Source: an uncultured Clostridia bacterium (GTDB lineage: Bacteria > Bacillota > Clostridia > Christensenellales > UBA1242). Taken from it: a stretch of 64,000 nt of DNA. Positions 8,743 to 18,646 of this stretch are shown here, piece after piece. A model generated the notes under the pieces. It made no database searches and was not told the DNA's origin. It saw only the letters and a list, made by a program, of their open reading frames with translations. Numbering within the stretch: position 1 is the stretch's first letter; the number at the start of each line of letters is the position of its first letter. The DNA lies in contig CAKVHQ010000004.1 in the NCBI GenBank assembly GCA_934749845.1, positions 22,667 through 86,666 of the forward strand, given 5' to 3'. The position numbers and the translations under genes are program-made.

Positions 8743-9297
8743 ATGGCTAATACAGATAAAAACAGATTAGAACAATATTATAAAGATACAGTTGTACCAG
8801 CACTTGTTAAAGAGTTTGGATACAAAAACATCAACGAAGTTCCAAAACTATCAAAAGTTGTTTTGAATGCAGGACTCGGTGATTGCAAAGATAACAGCAA
8901 GAGTTTTAATCTTGCAGTTGAAGAAATTGGTCTTATTGCTGGTCAAAAACCATTGGTTGTTGAAGCAAAGCACTCAATTTCAAACTTCAAACTCCGTGAA
9001 GGACAAAAAATCGGAGCAAAAGTAACACTTCGTGGAACAAGAATGTACGAATTTGTTGATAAACTAATTTCAATCGCATTGCCACGAGTTAGAGATTTTA
9101 AGGGAATAAGCAAAAAATCATTCGATGGCAGAGGAAACTATGCTCTTGGAATTAAAGAACACTTAATTTTCCCAGAAATTTCTTATGATAAAATCGAAAA
9201 AATTAGAGGTTTTGATATTATCTTCGTTACAACAGCAAAAACAGATAAGGAAGCACTTGCTCTATTAAATTTAATGGGCTTCCCATTCATGGATTAG
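8743..9297 (+). CDS. rplE: 50S ribosomal protein L5
   Basis: The 184-aa product sits at the conserved position. Confidence 0.97.
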   Translation: MANTDKNRLEQYYKDTVVPALVKEFGYKNINEVPKLSKVVLNAGLGDCKDNSKSFNLAVEEIGLIAGQKPLVVEAKHSISNFKLREGQKIGAKVTLRGTRMYEFVDKLISIALPRVRDFKGISKKSFDGRGNYALGIKEHLIFPEISYDKIEKIRGFDIIFVTTAKTDKEALALLNLMGFPFMD

Positions 9298-9305
9298 GAG
9301 GGGTT

Positions 9306-9491
9306 ATGGCAAGAAAAGCATTAAAAAACAAACAACAAAAAGAGCAAAAATTCTCAACAAGAGAATACACTCGTTGCACAATTTGCGGAAGACCTCACGC
9401 TGTTTTGAAAAAATATGGTATTTGCAGAGTTTGCTTTAGGAAAATGGCCAACAACGGCGAAATTCCTGGAGTTAAAAAGGCAAGTTGGTAA
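9306..9491 (+). CDS. rpsN: 30S ribosomal protein S14 type Z (zinc-binding, C+ form)
   Basis: The 61-aa product carries CTICGRP..CRVC. Confidence 0.96.
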   Translation: MARKALKNKQQKEQKFSTREYTRCTICGRPHAVLKKYGICRVCFRKMANNGEIPGVKKASW

Positions 9492-9508
9492 AAGGAGGGT
9501 AATTAGTT

Positions 9509-9901
9509 ATGACATTTGATCCAATCGCAGATATGCTTACAAGAATTCGTAATGCATTAACAGCAAAACATGAGACTGTAGAAGTACCTGCATCTCAAAT
9601 TAAAAAAGCAATTGCCGACCTTTTGGTTAGCGAAGGCTACATTGCAAGTGCAGAAATGGTAGGCGAAGGTGTTAAGCAAAACATCTTGATAACTTTAAAA
9701 TATGTTAACGGACAAAAAGTTATCAACGGCATTAAGAGAATATCAACTCCAGGTCTTAGAATTTACTCAAGCGTAGAAGATTTACCAAGAGTATTGGGCG
9801 GACTAGGAATTGCTATTATCAGCACAAACAAAGGAATCATGACAGACAAGCAAGCACGCCAAGCAAAAGTTGGTGGAGAAGTTCTTGCTTATGTATGGTA
9901 A
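9509..9901 (+). CDS. rpsH: 30S ribosomal protein S8
   Basis: The 130-aa product contains [13 protein letters not shown]. Confidence 0.97.
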   Translation: MTFDPIADMLTRIRNALTAKHETVEVPASQIKKAIADLLVSEGYIASAEMVGEGVKQNILITLKYVNGQKVINGIKRISTPGLRIYSSVEDLPRVLGGLGIAIISTNKGIMTDKQARQAKVGGEVLAYVW

Positions 9902-9920
9902 GAAATAGGAGGAAAAATTT

Positions 9921-10463
9921 ATGTCAAGAATTGGAAAGATGCCTATTCACTTACCAGAAGGTGTTAAAGTTGAACTTAACGACAATAACATCACAGTTAG
10001 TGGCAAATTAGGCACATTAACAAGAGAATTTGATTCAAAAATCAAAGTTGAACAAAAAGAAAATGAACTTGTTTTAACTCGTGAAAACAACGAAAACGCA
10101 GTTAGAGCAAAACACGGCCTTTACAGAGCACTTATTCACAACATGGTTGTAGGTGTTACAGAAGGCTTTAAAAAGACTTTAATTATTAAAGGTATTGGTT
10201 ACAGAATAACAAAACAAGGCAACAAACTTGTGCTTAACATTGGCTATTCAAAACCAGTAGAAGTTGTTGAACCAGAAGGCATCAAACTTGATACACTAGA
10301 CGCTGATAAAGTTGTTGTTAGTGGTATTGATAAAGAAGCAGTTGGTCAAGTTGCAGCAAAAATTAGAGCGTTAAAACCAGTTGAACCATACCATCTTTAT
10401 GGAATTAGATACATCGATGAAGTTGTAATCCAAAAAGAAGGTAAAAAAGTAGGTAAGAAATAA
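9921..10463 (+). CDS. rplF: 50S ribosomal protein L6
   Basis: The 180-aa product starts MSRIGKMPI. Confidence 0.97.
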   Translation: MSRIGKMPIHLPEGVKVELNDNNITVSGKLGTLTREFDSKIKVEQKENELVLTRENNENAVRAKHGLYRALIHNMVVGVTEGFKKTLIIKGIGYRITKQGNKLVLNIGYSKPVEVVEPEGIKLDTLDADKVVVSGIDKEAVGQVAAKIRALKPVEPYHLYGIRYIDEVVIQKEGKKVGKK

Positions 10464-10476
10464 GGAGGAATGAGAA

Positions 10477-10845
10477 ATGAAAAAAGAAATTGATAAAAAT
10501 TCACAAAGATTGATTAGACATGCAAGAATTAGAAGAAAAATCAGTGGCACTTCTCTTCGTCCTAGACTTAGCGTATATCGTTCAACAAACGAAATTTATT
10601 GTCAAGTGATTGACGATGAACAACAAGTAACATTGGTTAGTGCAAATTCAAAAGAAAAAGAATTGGCATCAGCATTAAACGGAAAAACAAAATCGGAACA
10701 AGCAAGACTTATCGGCGAAACTATTGCAAAAAGAGCACTTGAAAAGAACATCGAAAATGTTGTTTTCGACAGAGGCGGTTATATCTATACAGGTAGAATT
10801 AAACAAGTTGCAGAAGGCGCTAGAGAATCTGGCTTGAAGTTTTAG
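10477..10845 (+). CDS. rplR: 50S ribosomal protein L18
   Basis: The 122-aa product contains [20 protein letters not shown]. Confidence 0.96.
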   Translation: MKKEIDKNSQRLIRHARIRRKISGTSLRPRLSVYRSTNEIYCQVIDDEQQVTLVSANSKEKELASALNGKTKSEQARLIGETIAKRALEKNIENVVFDRGGYIYTGRIKQVAEGARESGLKF

Positions 10846-10854
10846 GAGGATACA

Positions 10855-11364
10855 ATGGCTAAGAGAGAAGATAGAAAATTCCAAAGAGAAGAGTCTGATA
10901 TCGATAAAAGAGTTATATCCATTCGTCGTGTTACAAAAGTTGTTAAGGGTGGTAGAACACTTAGTTTCTCAGTAACTATGGTTGTTGGAAACAAAAAAGG
11001 CAAAGTTGGTATTGGTAGCGGTAAAGCAGGCGATACAACTGCTGCAATCGAAAAGGCTTTCCAAAACGGAAAGAAAAACATGGTTGATGTTTCATTACTT
11101 GGAACAACAATCCCACACGAAACCATTGGAACATTTGGTAAATCACAAGTGCTTTTAAGACCAGCACCAGAAGGAACTGGCGTTATTGCAGGTGGTGCAG
11201 TTAGAGCAGTTGTTGACCTTTGCGGTATCAAAGATATTGTAAGTAAAACTCATGGTGCTAGAAACAAAATCAATGTTGTTAAAGCAACTTTAAATGGACT
11301 TATGAGTCTAAAAACAAGAGAACAAGTTGCCACACTTCGTGGTAAATCTGTTGAAGAACTATAA
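10855..11364 (+). CDS. rpsE: 30S ribosomal protein S5
   Basis: The 169-aa product contains RVTKVVKGGR. Confidence 0.97.
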   Translation: MAKREDRKFQREESDIDKRVISIRRVTKVVKGGRTLSFSVTMVVGNKKGKVGIGSGKAGDTTAAIEKAFQNGKKNMVDVSLLGTTIPHETIGTFGKSQVLLRPAPEGTGVIAGGAVRAVVDLCGIKDIVSKTHGARNKINVVKATLNGLMSLKTREQVATLRGKSVEEL

Positions 11365-11375
11365 GCGAGGTTAAT

Positions 11376-11570
11376 ATGGCAAAAGAAAGTAAAAAATTAA
11401 AGGTAACTTTTATAAGAAGTACTATTGCTTTCAATCATAAACACGACAAAGTTTTGGAAAGTTTGGGACTCCATAAACTTGGAGATACAAACATTCTTCC
11501 AGATAACGATGCAGTTCGTGGAATGATTTTCAAAGTACAAAGATTTGTAAAAGTTGAAGAAAATGTATAA
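11376..11570 (+). CDS. rpmD: 50S ribosomal protein L30
   Basis: The 64-aa product sits between rpsE and rplO. Confidence 0.9.
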   Translation: MAKESKKLKVTFIRSTIAFNHKHDKVLESLGLHKLGDTNILPDNDAVRGMIFKVQRFVKVEENV

Positions 11571-11586
11571 GGAGGAGGAATAAAGC

Positions 11587-12030
11587 ATGAAATTAAACGA
11601 ATTATCTCCTGCTCCAAACTCTAAAAAGACGGTTCGCCGTCTTGGTAGAGGAACAGGTTCAGGACTTGGAAAAACTTCAGGTAAAGGTCAAAAAGGACAA
11701 AACAGCCGTAGTGGCGGTGGAGTTAGACCAGGATTTGAAGGTGGTCAAATGCCACTTCTTAGAAGACTTCCAAAAGTAGGCTTTACTAACAAATTTAGAA
11801 AAGTTTACACAACAGTAAATGTTGATGTTTTGGAAAGATACGAAAATGGTACAGTAGTTGATGCAGAACTTTTGAGAAAAGATGGATTGATTGGTAAATT
11901 AGAAAATGCTGGCTTGAAAGTTTTAGGAAACGGAAGTTTAACTAAAAACTTAACAGTTAGAGCAAATAAATTCACTGAGTCTGCAATTGAAAAAATTAAA
12001 CAAGCAGGCGGAAGTATTGAGGTGCTATAA
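11587..12030 (+). CDS. rplO: 50S ribosomal protein L15
   Basis: The 147-aa product has a glycine-rich N-terminal part, [19 protein letters not shown]. Confidence 0.96.
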   Translation: MKLNELSPAPNSKKTVRRLGRGTGSGLGKTSGKGQKGQNSRSGGGVRPGFEGGQMPLLRRLPKVGFTNKFRKVYTTVNVDVLERYENGTVVDAELLRKDGLIGKLENAGLKVLGNGSLTKNLTVRANKFTESAIEKIKQAGGSIEVL

Positions 12031-13328
12031 TGTTTAAAACCTTTATTGATGCCTTTAAAAATAAGGACATTCGAAAGAAAATATTTATAACATTAGGATT
12101 ACTTTTAATATTTAGACTTGGTTGCTGGATTCCAGTACCAGGACTTAACCTTTCATACTTTGAACAACAAGTTGGAAGCGAAGGCGCAACATTCTTGCAA
12201 CTTTTAAGCGGAATTAGTGGTGGTGCGTTATCCAATGGTGCTATTTTAGCACTTGGTGTGTCACCATACATTAGTGCGTCAATTATAGTTCAGTTGCTTA
12301 CACTTGCAATTCCACCACTTGAAAGATTATCAAAACAAGGTGAAGAAGGCAGAAAGAAAATTGCTTCTATCACAAAATGGGTAACACTATTTTTGGGTCT
12401 TGCACAAGCAATTGGTATTGTTGTTGCATTCGGTTCAAGCGGATTAAACAACATCTTTATGGGCGCTCCACTTTGGCTTACAGGTGCATGTGTTGTTATT
12501 ATTTTAACAGCAGGTTCAATGTTCACATATTGGCTTGGTGAAAAAATAACAGAAGTAGGAATTTCAAACGGAGTTTCTTTGCTTATTTATGTTGGTATCC
12601 TATCAACAGCAGCAACAGCATTACTTGGTTCATTCAAAGCAGTATTTAACAACAACATAGACGAATTATGGCAAATCATAATCTTCCTTGCAGTGTTGAT
12701 TGTTATATTCGCACTTATCGTTATGATGGACGGTGCAGAAAGAAAAGTTAAAGTTCAATACGCAAAACAAATTAAGGGAAGAAAAATGTATGGCGGTCAA
12801 AGCACTTACATTCCTGTAAGGCTTATGGGAACAGGTGTTATGCCAATCATTTTCGCGATGAGTTTCTTATCATTCCCACAAATTATCATGAGTATTTTCT
12901 GCCCAACAAGCAAAGCAGCAATTTGGTATAACCAATACCTTGGTGCTGGTTCATGGGCTTACTCGGTTGTTGTTGGATTACTAATTCTATTCTTTGCATA
13001 TTTCTATGCACAAATGAGTTTTAATCCAGAAGATGTTTCTAAACAAATTCAATCTAATGGTGGATTTATCCCAGGAACAAGACCAGGAAAACCAACTGCA
13101 GATTATTTGAAGAAAATCAGCAACAGAATTACACTTTTTGGAGCAATTTTCTTGGCATTTATTGCTATTGTTCCAACACTTGTGTTTAAAGCAATCGCTT
13201 CTGGCGTTGGCTTGGTTAACGCATTCAGTGCAACAGGTATGATTATTATCGTTGGTGTGGCACTTGAAGTTAACAAATCACTTGAGCAACAACTTATGCT
13301 CAAAAACTATCGAGGATTTTTAAAGTAA
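12030..13328 (+). CDS. secY: Preprotein translocase subunit SecY
   Basis: The product is 432 aa with about 10 hydrophobic segments. The position after rplO is conserved. Confidence 0.96.
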   Translation: MFKTFIDAFKNKDIRKKIFITLGLLLIFRLGCWIPVPGLNLSYFEQQVGSEGATFLQLLSGISGGALSNGAILALGVSPYISASIIVQLLTLAIPPLERLSKQGEEGRKKIASITKWVTLFLGLAQAIGIVVAFGSSGLNNIFMGAPLWLTGACVVIILTAGSMFTYWLGEKITEVGISNGVSLLIYVGILSTAATALLGSFKAVFNNNIDELWQIIIFLAVLIVIFALIVMMDGAERKVKVQYAKQIKGRKMYGGQSTYIPVRLMGTGVMPIIFAMSFLSFPQIIMSIFCPTSKAAIWYNQYLGAGSWAYSVVVGLLILFFAYFYAQMSFNPEDVSKQIQSNGGFIPGTRPGKPTADYLKKISNRITLFGAIFLAFIAIVPTLVFKAIASGVGLVNAFSATGMIIIVGVALEVNKSLEQQLMLKNYRGFLK

Positions 13329-13340
13329 AACGGAGATTCT

Positions 13341-13961
13341 ATGAATATAATTTTAATCGGTGCTCCGCTATCGGGTAAAGGCACTCAAGCAGAAATTATA
13401 ACAAAAGAATTTGGCTTGACTCATATTTCAACTGGAGAAATTCTCCGTGAGGAAATGAAAAGTCAAACACCGCTTGGCTTTAAAGTCAAAAAATATATGG
13501 ACCAAGCAATGCTTGTTCCAGACAAAATTATAATTGAAGTTTTAAAGGATAAACTATCTAGCAATAACTATGAAAATGGAATTTTGCTAGATGGTTTCCC
13601 AAGAACTTTAAATCAAGCAAAAGAATTAGCAAAAATCATTAAAATTGATAAAGTTTTCTACCTAAAAACAAATTTAGAGCATCTTAAAAAAAGAGTTGCT
13701 GGAAGATTTGTGTGTGCTAGTTGCAATAAAACGAACACTATTTTAGATGAAAATTTAGTTCCTTGTAAATATTGTGGTGGTCAACTTGTTAAACGACAGG
13801 ACGACACTTTGGAAAAAGTTGAGTACAGATATAACGAGTTTATAGAAAGCACTTATCCTGTGGTTGAGTACTACAAAAAACAAAATTTATTGATTGAAAT
13901 TTCTGGCGAAAATTCAGTTAAGGAAATTTTTGAAAGTATTAAGAAGGTTTTGTTGTCATGA
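13341..13961 (+). CDS. adk: Adenylate kinase (zinc-lid form)
   Basis: The P-loop is GAPLSGKGTQ. The lid carries CASC..CKYC. Confidence 0.95.
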   Translation: MNIILIGAPLSGKGTQAEIITKEFGLTHISTGEILREEMKSQTPLGFKVKKYMDQAMLVPDKIIIEVLKDKLSSNNYENGILLDGFPRTLNQAKELAKIIKIDKVFYLKTNLEHLKKRVAGRFVCASCNKTNTILDENLVPCKYCGGQLVKRQDDTLEKVEYRYNEFIESTYPVVEYYKKQNLLIEISGENSVKEIFESIKKVLLS

Positions 13962-14719
13962 TCAATTTAAAAACAAAAAAGCAAATTGAAATGATGAAAG
14001 AAGCGTGCCAAATAACTATTGGTGCGATTATGGAAGCAGGAAAATTTGTTAAAGCAGGTGTTAGCACCTACGAACTTGACCAAATTGCAGAAAATTACAT
14101 TAGACAGCATGGTGCAATTCCAAGTTGTAAGGGATACGAAGGCTATCCAGCAACAATTTGTGCTAGCGTTAATGAAGTTGTTGTTCATGGAATACCATCA
14201 AAAGATGTTATTTTAAAGGAAGGTGACATAATTAGCATTGACTGTTGTGCTTACAAGCATGGCTTTCATGGGGACGCTACAAGAACATTTGCAGTTGGAA
14301 AAATAAGTAGCGAAAAACAGCGTTTAATTGATGTTACAAAGCAAGCATTTTATGAGGGCGTTAACGCAATTAAAGTTGGTGGTCATATTGGAGATATTGG
14401 CGAAGCAATTCAGTCATATGTTGAAAAAAATGGCTATTCGGTTGTTAGAGAAATGATTGGTCACGGAATAGGCAAAGAAATGCATGAAGACCCAGCCGTA
14501 CCAAACTATGGTCGCAAAAACACTGGAAGTAAAATTGAAAACGGATTGGTTATTGCAATCGAGCCTATGGTTAATATGGGCAGAAAAGATATCGTAATAA
14601 GAGAAGATGGTTGGACTTGTTTAACGAGAGATAGAAAGCCATCTTGCCATTATGAAAACACTGTTGCGATTATAGACGACAAAGTTGAAATTTTAACATT
14701 GTGGGGAGATTATGAATAG
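13958..14719 (+). CDS. map: Type I methionine aminopeptidase
   Basis: The product is 253 aa. Metal-ligand contexts are DISIDCCAYKHGFHGD, HGIG and IEPM. Confidence 0.95.
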   Translation: MINLKTKKQIEMMKEACQITIGAIMEAGKFVKAGVSTYELDQIAENYIRQHGAIPSCKGYEGYPATICASVNEVVVHGIPSKDVILKEGDIISIDCCAYKHGFHGDATRTFAVGKISSEKQRLIDVTKQAFYEGVNAIKVGGHIGDIGEAIQSYVEKNGYSVVREMIGHGIGKEMHEDPAVPNYGRKNTGSKIENGLVIAIEPMVNMGRKDIVIREDGWTCLTRDRKPSCHYENTVAIIDDKVEILTLWGDYE

Positions 14720-14990
14720 TTTTTCAATCGGTGAGATTGTTGAAAGTACTCAAGGGCGAGATAAGGGTAACCTTTATATCGTTTATGGTTATGAAAATAA
14801 CAAAGCATTGCTTGTTAATGGAAATAACAAAACAATCACAAAGCCAAAAGTTAAAAACTTAAACCATTTAACATCATTAAATTTCGTTCAAGAAAATTTA
14901 AAAGACAAAATTTTAAACAAAAAAACTGTATTTGATGCAGAAATATACAGTGCAATCAAAAAATTTAAGGAAAATAGCAAAGGAGTGTAG
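14712..14990 (+). CDS. Small KOW-domain RNA-binding-like protein, commonly found between map and infA in Clostridia
   Basis: The 92-aa product contains GEIVESTQGRDKGNLYIV, a KOW-like motif. The gene overlaps the end of map by 8 nt. Confidence 0.65.
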   Translation: MNSFSIGEIVESTQGRDKGNLYIVYGYENNKALLVNGNNKTITKPKVKNLNHLTSLNFVQENLKDKILNKKTVFDAEIYSAIKKFKENSKGV

Positions 14991-14991
14991 T

Positions 14992-15210
14992 ATGCCAAAG
15001 GAAGATTGCCTAGAACTTGAAGGTGTTGTTGTTGATATCCAACGAGATGACATTAAAATTAAGTTATCAAACGATGTTGTCATAACAGGATATTTAGCAG
15101 GCAAACTTAGGATAAACAATATTCGTATTTTGGTTGGCGATAAAGTTAAGGTAGAAATGAGTCCTTACGATTTAACTCGCGGTAGAATTACTTGGCGAGC
15201 AAAAAACTAA
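14992..15210 (+). CDS. infA: Translation initiation factor IF-1
   Basis: The 72-aa product starts MPKEDCLELEGVV and ends SPYDLTRGRITWR. An AAGGAG SD precedes ATG 14992. The longer ORF from 14932 overlaps the KOW gene and is not supported. Confidence 0.95.
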   Translation: MPKEDCLELEGVVVDIQRDDIKIKLSNDVVITGYLAGKLRINNIRILVGDKVKVEMSPYDLTRGRITWRAKN

Positions 15211-15225
15211 AAAAGGAGAAAAATT

Positions 15226-15342
15226 ATGAAAGTTAGACCATCAGTTAAACCTATTTGCAGTTCTTGCAAAGTTATTAAACGTGAAGGTAAAATTTATGTA
15301 ATTTGCAGTAAATACAAAAAACATAAACAACGTCAAGGCTAA
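15226..15342 (+). CDS. rpmJ: 50S ribosomal protein L36 (C+ zinc form); not listed in the ORF track because it is only 38 aa
   Basis: My translation is [38 protein letters not shown]. An AAGGAGA SD lies 7 nt upstream. Confidence 0.95.
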   Translation: MKVRPSVKPICSSCKVIKREGKIYVICSKYKKHKQRQG

Positions 15343-15345
15343 TTT

Positions 15346-15374
15346 TTGACAAAACTAACAAAAAGGTTTATAAT
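15346..15374 (+). promoter_or_regulatory. Perfect consensus sigma-A promoter (TTGACA-17-TATAAT) for the rpsM-rplQ (alpha) operon
   Basis: TTGACA lies at 15346-15351 and TATAAT at 15369-15374. Confidence 0.7.
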
Positions 15375-15380
15375 ATAAAA

Positions 15381-15562
15381 TATATGCCTATATATAAGAC
15401 TGTCATAGAAAGTATGATGGTTTCCACACTTTTATATATAGACATAACAATCAAGTTTTAAATCTTGTAAAAAATTAGTACCAAATGCTTTTAAAGGCGG
15501 CTGACAATTATCTATTGTTTCTTTAAAAGCAAAGTTTAAATTAACATTTATGGAGGAAAAAC
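15381..15562 (+). promoter_or_regulatory. Structured ~180-nt leader upstream of rpsM (candidate r-protein autoregulatory RNA)
   Basis: An imperfect long hairpin joins 15388-15398 and 15429-15441. A perfect 10-bp stem joins GCTTTTAAAG (15487-96) and CTTTAAAAGC (15521-30), just upstream of the GGAGG SD. Confidence 0.45.
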
Positions 15563-15928
15563 ATGGCTCGTATTGCAGGAGTTGACTTGCCAAAGGACAA
15601 AAGACTTGAAGTTGGTTTAACATACGTTTATGGTATCGGTATCAACAAATCAAGAGAAATCTTAGAGGCAACAGGCATTAGTCCAGATATTAGAGTTAAA
15701 GACTTATCCGAGGACGATGCAGCAAAAATAAGAGAATATATCGACAAACATGTAACAGTTGAAGGAGATTTGAAAAGAGATGTTGCTATGAACATCAAAC
15801 GCTTAACAGAAATTAACTGTTACAGAGGAATTAGACACAGAAAAAATTTACCTTGCAGAGGACAAAGCACACATTGTAATGCTCACACTGTTAAAGGTAT
15901 TGCTAAAAAACGCGCTGCGAAAAAGTAA
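15563..15928 (+). CDS. rpsM: 30S ribosomal protein S13
   Basis: The 121-aa product starts [10 protein letters not shown]. Confidence 0.97.
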   Translation: MARIAGVDLPKDKRLEVGLTYVYGIGINKSREILEATGISPDIRVKDLSEDDAAKIREYIDKHVTVEGDLKRDVAMNIKRLTEINCYRGIRHRKNLPCRGQSTHCNAHTVKGIAKKRAAKK

Positions 15929-15950
15929 TTAAAGGAGATAAATTATAAAA

Positions 15951-16337
15951 ATGGCAGAAGTTAAAAAAAGAAAGAAAAAAGTTACAAAAAATTTAGATAA
16001 AGGAATGTGTCACATTCATTCATCTAACAACAATACAATCGTAACTATTACCGACGAACAAGGTAATGCAGTTAGTTGGTGCAGTGCTGGAAAACTTGGA
16101 TTTAGAGGTTCAAGAAAAAATACTCCATTCGCAGCAGGACAAGCAGCAGAAATCGCTGCAAAGGCTGCTAAGGAACAAGGTATTAACAGTGTTGAAGTTT
16201 TTGTAAAAGGTCCAGGTAATGGCAGAGAATCTGCTATTAGAGCACTTCAAACAGCAGAAATCAACATTACATCTATTCAAGATGTATCACCAATTCCACA
16301 CAATGGTTGCAGACCACCAAAAAGAAGAAGAATTTAA
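15951..16337 (+). CDS. rpsK: 30S ribosomal protein S11
   Basis: The 128-aa product contains [12 protein letters not shown]. Confidence 0.97.
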   Translation: MAEVKKRKKKVTKNLDKGMCHIHSSNNNTIVTITDEQGNAVSWCSAGKLGFRGSRKNTPFAAGQAAEIAAKAAKEQGINSVEVFVKGPGNGRESAIRALQTAEINITSIQDVSPIPHNGCRPPKRRRI

Positions 16338-16356
16338 TTTTATAAGGAGATAAACA

Positions 16357-16983
16357 ATGGCAAAATATACAGAGGCTGATTGTCGTTTGTGCAGACGAGA
16401 AGGTTGCAAGTTGTTTTTGAAGGGCGATAGATGCTTAACAAAAAAATGTGCTTTCGAACGTCACCCACAAGCACCTGGTATTCATGGTGCAGATAATGCA
16501 AGAAAGAAAGTTTCAGAATATGGCTCACAACTTAGAGAAAAACAAAAAGTTAAAAGAGCATATGGCGTTCTAGAAAAACAATTTAGAGGCTACTACGAAA
16601 AAGCAGAAAACATGAAAGGTAAAACTGGTGAACTTATGCTTTCATTACTTGAAAGAAGATTGGATAACACCGCTTACCGTCTTGGATTTGGTGCTTCAAG
16701 AGCACAAGCAAGACAAATTGTAAATCATGGATTGCTTACGGTTAATGGAAAGAAAGTTAACATTCCATCATACCAAGTTAAAGTTGGCGATGTAATCGCA
16801 GTTAAAGAAAATAAGAGAGATTTGGCTCTATTTAAAGACCTTAAGGACATCAAGATTGTTGTTCCAAAATGGCTTGAACTTAACACTGCTGAATTATCAG
16901 GAAAAGTTATTGCAAACCCACAAAGAGAAGACATTGATCTTAATATTAAAGAACACTTGATTGTTGAGTTGTACTCAAGATAA
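16357..16983 (+). CDS. rpsD: 30S ribosomal protein S4 (Cys-rich N-terminal zinc-finger form)
   Basis: The 208-aa product carries [10 protein letters not shown] near the N-terminus, and its S4 domain contains [10 protein letters not shown]. Confidence 0.97.
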   Translation: MAKYTEADCRLCRREGCKLFLKGDRCLTKKCAFERHPQAPGIHGADNARKKVSEYGSQLREKQKVKRAYGVLEKQFRGYYEKAENMKGKTGELMLSLLERRLDNTAYRLGFGASRAQARQIVNHGLLTVNGKKVNIPSYQVKVGDVIAVKENKRDLALFKDLKDIKIVVPKWLELNTAELSGKVIANPQREDIDLNIKEHLIVELYSR

Positions 16984-17013
16984 TCTTAAAAAAAAGTTGG
17001 AGGATTATTTTAT

Positions 17014-17964
17014 ATGATGGAAATCGAAAAGCCAAGAATTACTTGTGAAGAAAACGAAAACGGAACATACGCAAAATTCGTTGTTGAGCCACTCGAAAGA
17101 GGCTATGGTATGACCATAGGTAATGCTTTAAGAAGAACTCTTCTTGGAGCACTCCCTGGTGCAGCACCTATTGCAATTAGAATTGATGGCGTTGACCATG
17201 AGTTTTCAACAGTAAAGGGTGTTATGGAAGATGTTATAGACATCGTTTTAAACATCAAATCTTTGGCAGTTAAAACTTACAGTTTGGACAAAGATTTTAA
17301 GACAACTCTTAGAATCAAGCGTGATAAAGCAGGCGAAGTTAAAGCAAGCGATATTGAACCAAATGACCAAGTTGAAATTTTGAATCCAGATTTACACATT
17401 TGCACAATGGAAAATGTTCCATTTGAAATGGAAATTATGGTTGGTCGTGGCAGAGGATATGTTCCTGCAGATGACAATAAAGATGAATCTCAACCTATTG
17501 GATATATCGCAGTAGATAGCATTTACACACCTGTTAAAAAAGTAAACTACTATGTTGAAGGTGCTCGTGTAGGTCAAAAAATGGACTACGATAAACTTAC
17601 CCTTGAAGTGGAAACCAATGGTACACTCTCTGCAAGAGAAGTAGTAAGTTTGTCAGCAAAAATCATTCAAGACCACACACAATTGTTTGTTGACTTGGTT
17701 GATAACATGAAAAATGTTAATATCTTAACCACTCGTGAAGAAGACAAGCAACAAAAAGCACTTGAAATGACAATCGAAGATATGGATTTGTCAGTTCGTT
17801 CATTTAACTGCTTAAAGAGAGCAGGAATCAACACAGTTGAAGATTTAACAAGAAAAAGTAAAGACGATATGTTAAAAGTTCGTAACCTTGGATTAAAATC
17901 ACTTGAAGAAGTTATCAAAAAACTTGAAAGTTTTGGTTTTAGTTTAAGAAACGATGAAGAATAA
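17014..17964 (+). CDS. rpoA: DNA-directed RNA polymerase subunit alpha
   Basis: The 316-aa product contains GNALRR, and its C-terminal domain contains LSVRSFNCLKRAGI. Confidence 0.97.
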   Translation: MMEIEKPRITCEENENGTYAKFVVEPLERGYGMTIGNALRRTLLGALPGAAPIAIRIDGVDHEFSTVKGVMEDVIDIVLNIKSLAVKTYSLDKDFKTTLRIKRDKAGEVKASDIEPNDQVEILNPDLHICTMENVPFEMEIMVGRGRGYVPADDNKDESQPIGYIAVDSIYTPVKKVNYYVEGARVGQKMDYDKLTLEVETNGTLSAREVVSLSAKIIQDHTQLFVDLVDNMKNVNILTTREEDKQQKALEMTIEDMDLSVRSFNCLKRAGINTVEDLTRKSKDDMLKVRNLGLKSLEEVIKKLESFGFSLRNDEE

Positions 17965-17978
17965 TAAGGAGATAGACA

Positions 17979-18491
17979 ATGGCACAAATTAAGAAATTAA
18001 ACAGACCAACCGATGAAAGATTGGCAATATTAAGAAACCAAGCATCTAATCTTCTTTGGTACGGAAAACTTGAAACAACACTTGAAAAAGCAAAAGCAGT
18101 TAAAAGTTATGCAGAAAGACTCTTGACAGTTGCAATTAACTCTTACACAGATGTTGTTAAGGTAGAAAAAGAAGTTGTTATAGCAAATGGCAAAAAGGCA
18201 AAACAAGAAGTTTTGAACGATGGACCAAAAAAACTTGCAGCAAGAAGAAAACTTCAAGGTAAATTATACGACCTTCAAGAACAAAGAGCACCAAAAGAAG
18301 CAAAAGCAGATTTTGTTAAGCGTACAGAAGATGTTAAACATCCTTTAATTGAAAAAATGTTTAACGTTTATGCTCCAAAATATGCAAAAAGAGCAGAAGA
18401 ACTTGGTCAAAAGGGTGGCTACATTAGACTCATTAAATTGGGTGCACGTCGTGGCGACAATGCAGAAATGGCAGTTCTACAACTAATTTAG
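17979..18491 (+). CDS. rplQ: 50S ribosomal protein L17 (expanded, 170 aa)
   Basis: The end of the protein has an L17 signature, GGYIRLIKLGARRGDNAEMAVLQL. About 45-50 extra residues sit in the middle compared with the ~115-127-aa forms I remember. Confidence 0.93.
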   Translation: MAQIKKLNRPTDERLAILRNQASNLLWYGKLETTLEKAKAVKSYAERLLTVAINSYTDVVKVEKEVVIANGKKAKQEVLNDGPKKLAARRKLQGKLYDLQEQRAPKEAKADFVKRTEDVKHPLIEKMFNVYAPKYAKRAEELGQKGGYIRLIKLGARRGDNAEMAVLQLI

Positions 18492-18501
18492 TTAAATAAA
18501 A

Positions 18502-18530
18502 AATCTCTTAAATAAAGAGATTTTTTTTAT
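18502..18530 (+). terminator. Intrinsic terminator of the alpha operon
   Basis: ATCTCTT (18504-10) pairs with AAGAGAT (18516-22), followed by a T8 run. Confidence 0.75.
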
Positions 18531-18623
18531 TTTATTTAAAGTCCAAGTTATTTCACTTTTAGCGATATATTGAGAAAATATCAAATTCATTTAATAAAAA
18601 AATTAAAAAAAAATGATAATAAT

Positions 18624-18646
18624 AAAAAAACCCTATATTTATAGGG
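18624..18646 (-). terminator. Intrinsic terminator for the minus-strand GT operon
   Basis: The hairpin CCCTAT/ATAGGG (18631-18646) contains the stop codon. An A7 run at 18624-30 gives a U-run on the minus strand. Confidence 0.65.

Noticed and set aside
3147-18257. Numerous 60-135-aa ORFs, antisense or out of frame, inside the ribosomal protein, secY, map and rpoA genes (for example 3147-3449, 5232-5549, 5594-5878, 6984-7289, 7694-8101, 10842-11231, 11996-12271 and 17667-17987).
   Set aside because: They lie entirely within highly conserved genes. Their products are low-complexity or hydrophobic and have no start context. They are typical shadow ORFs of AT-rich, codon-biased genes.
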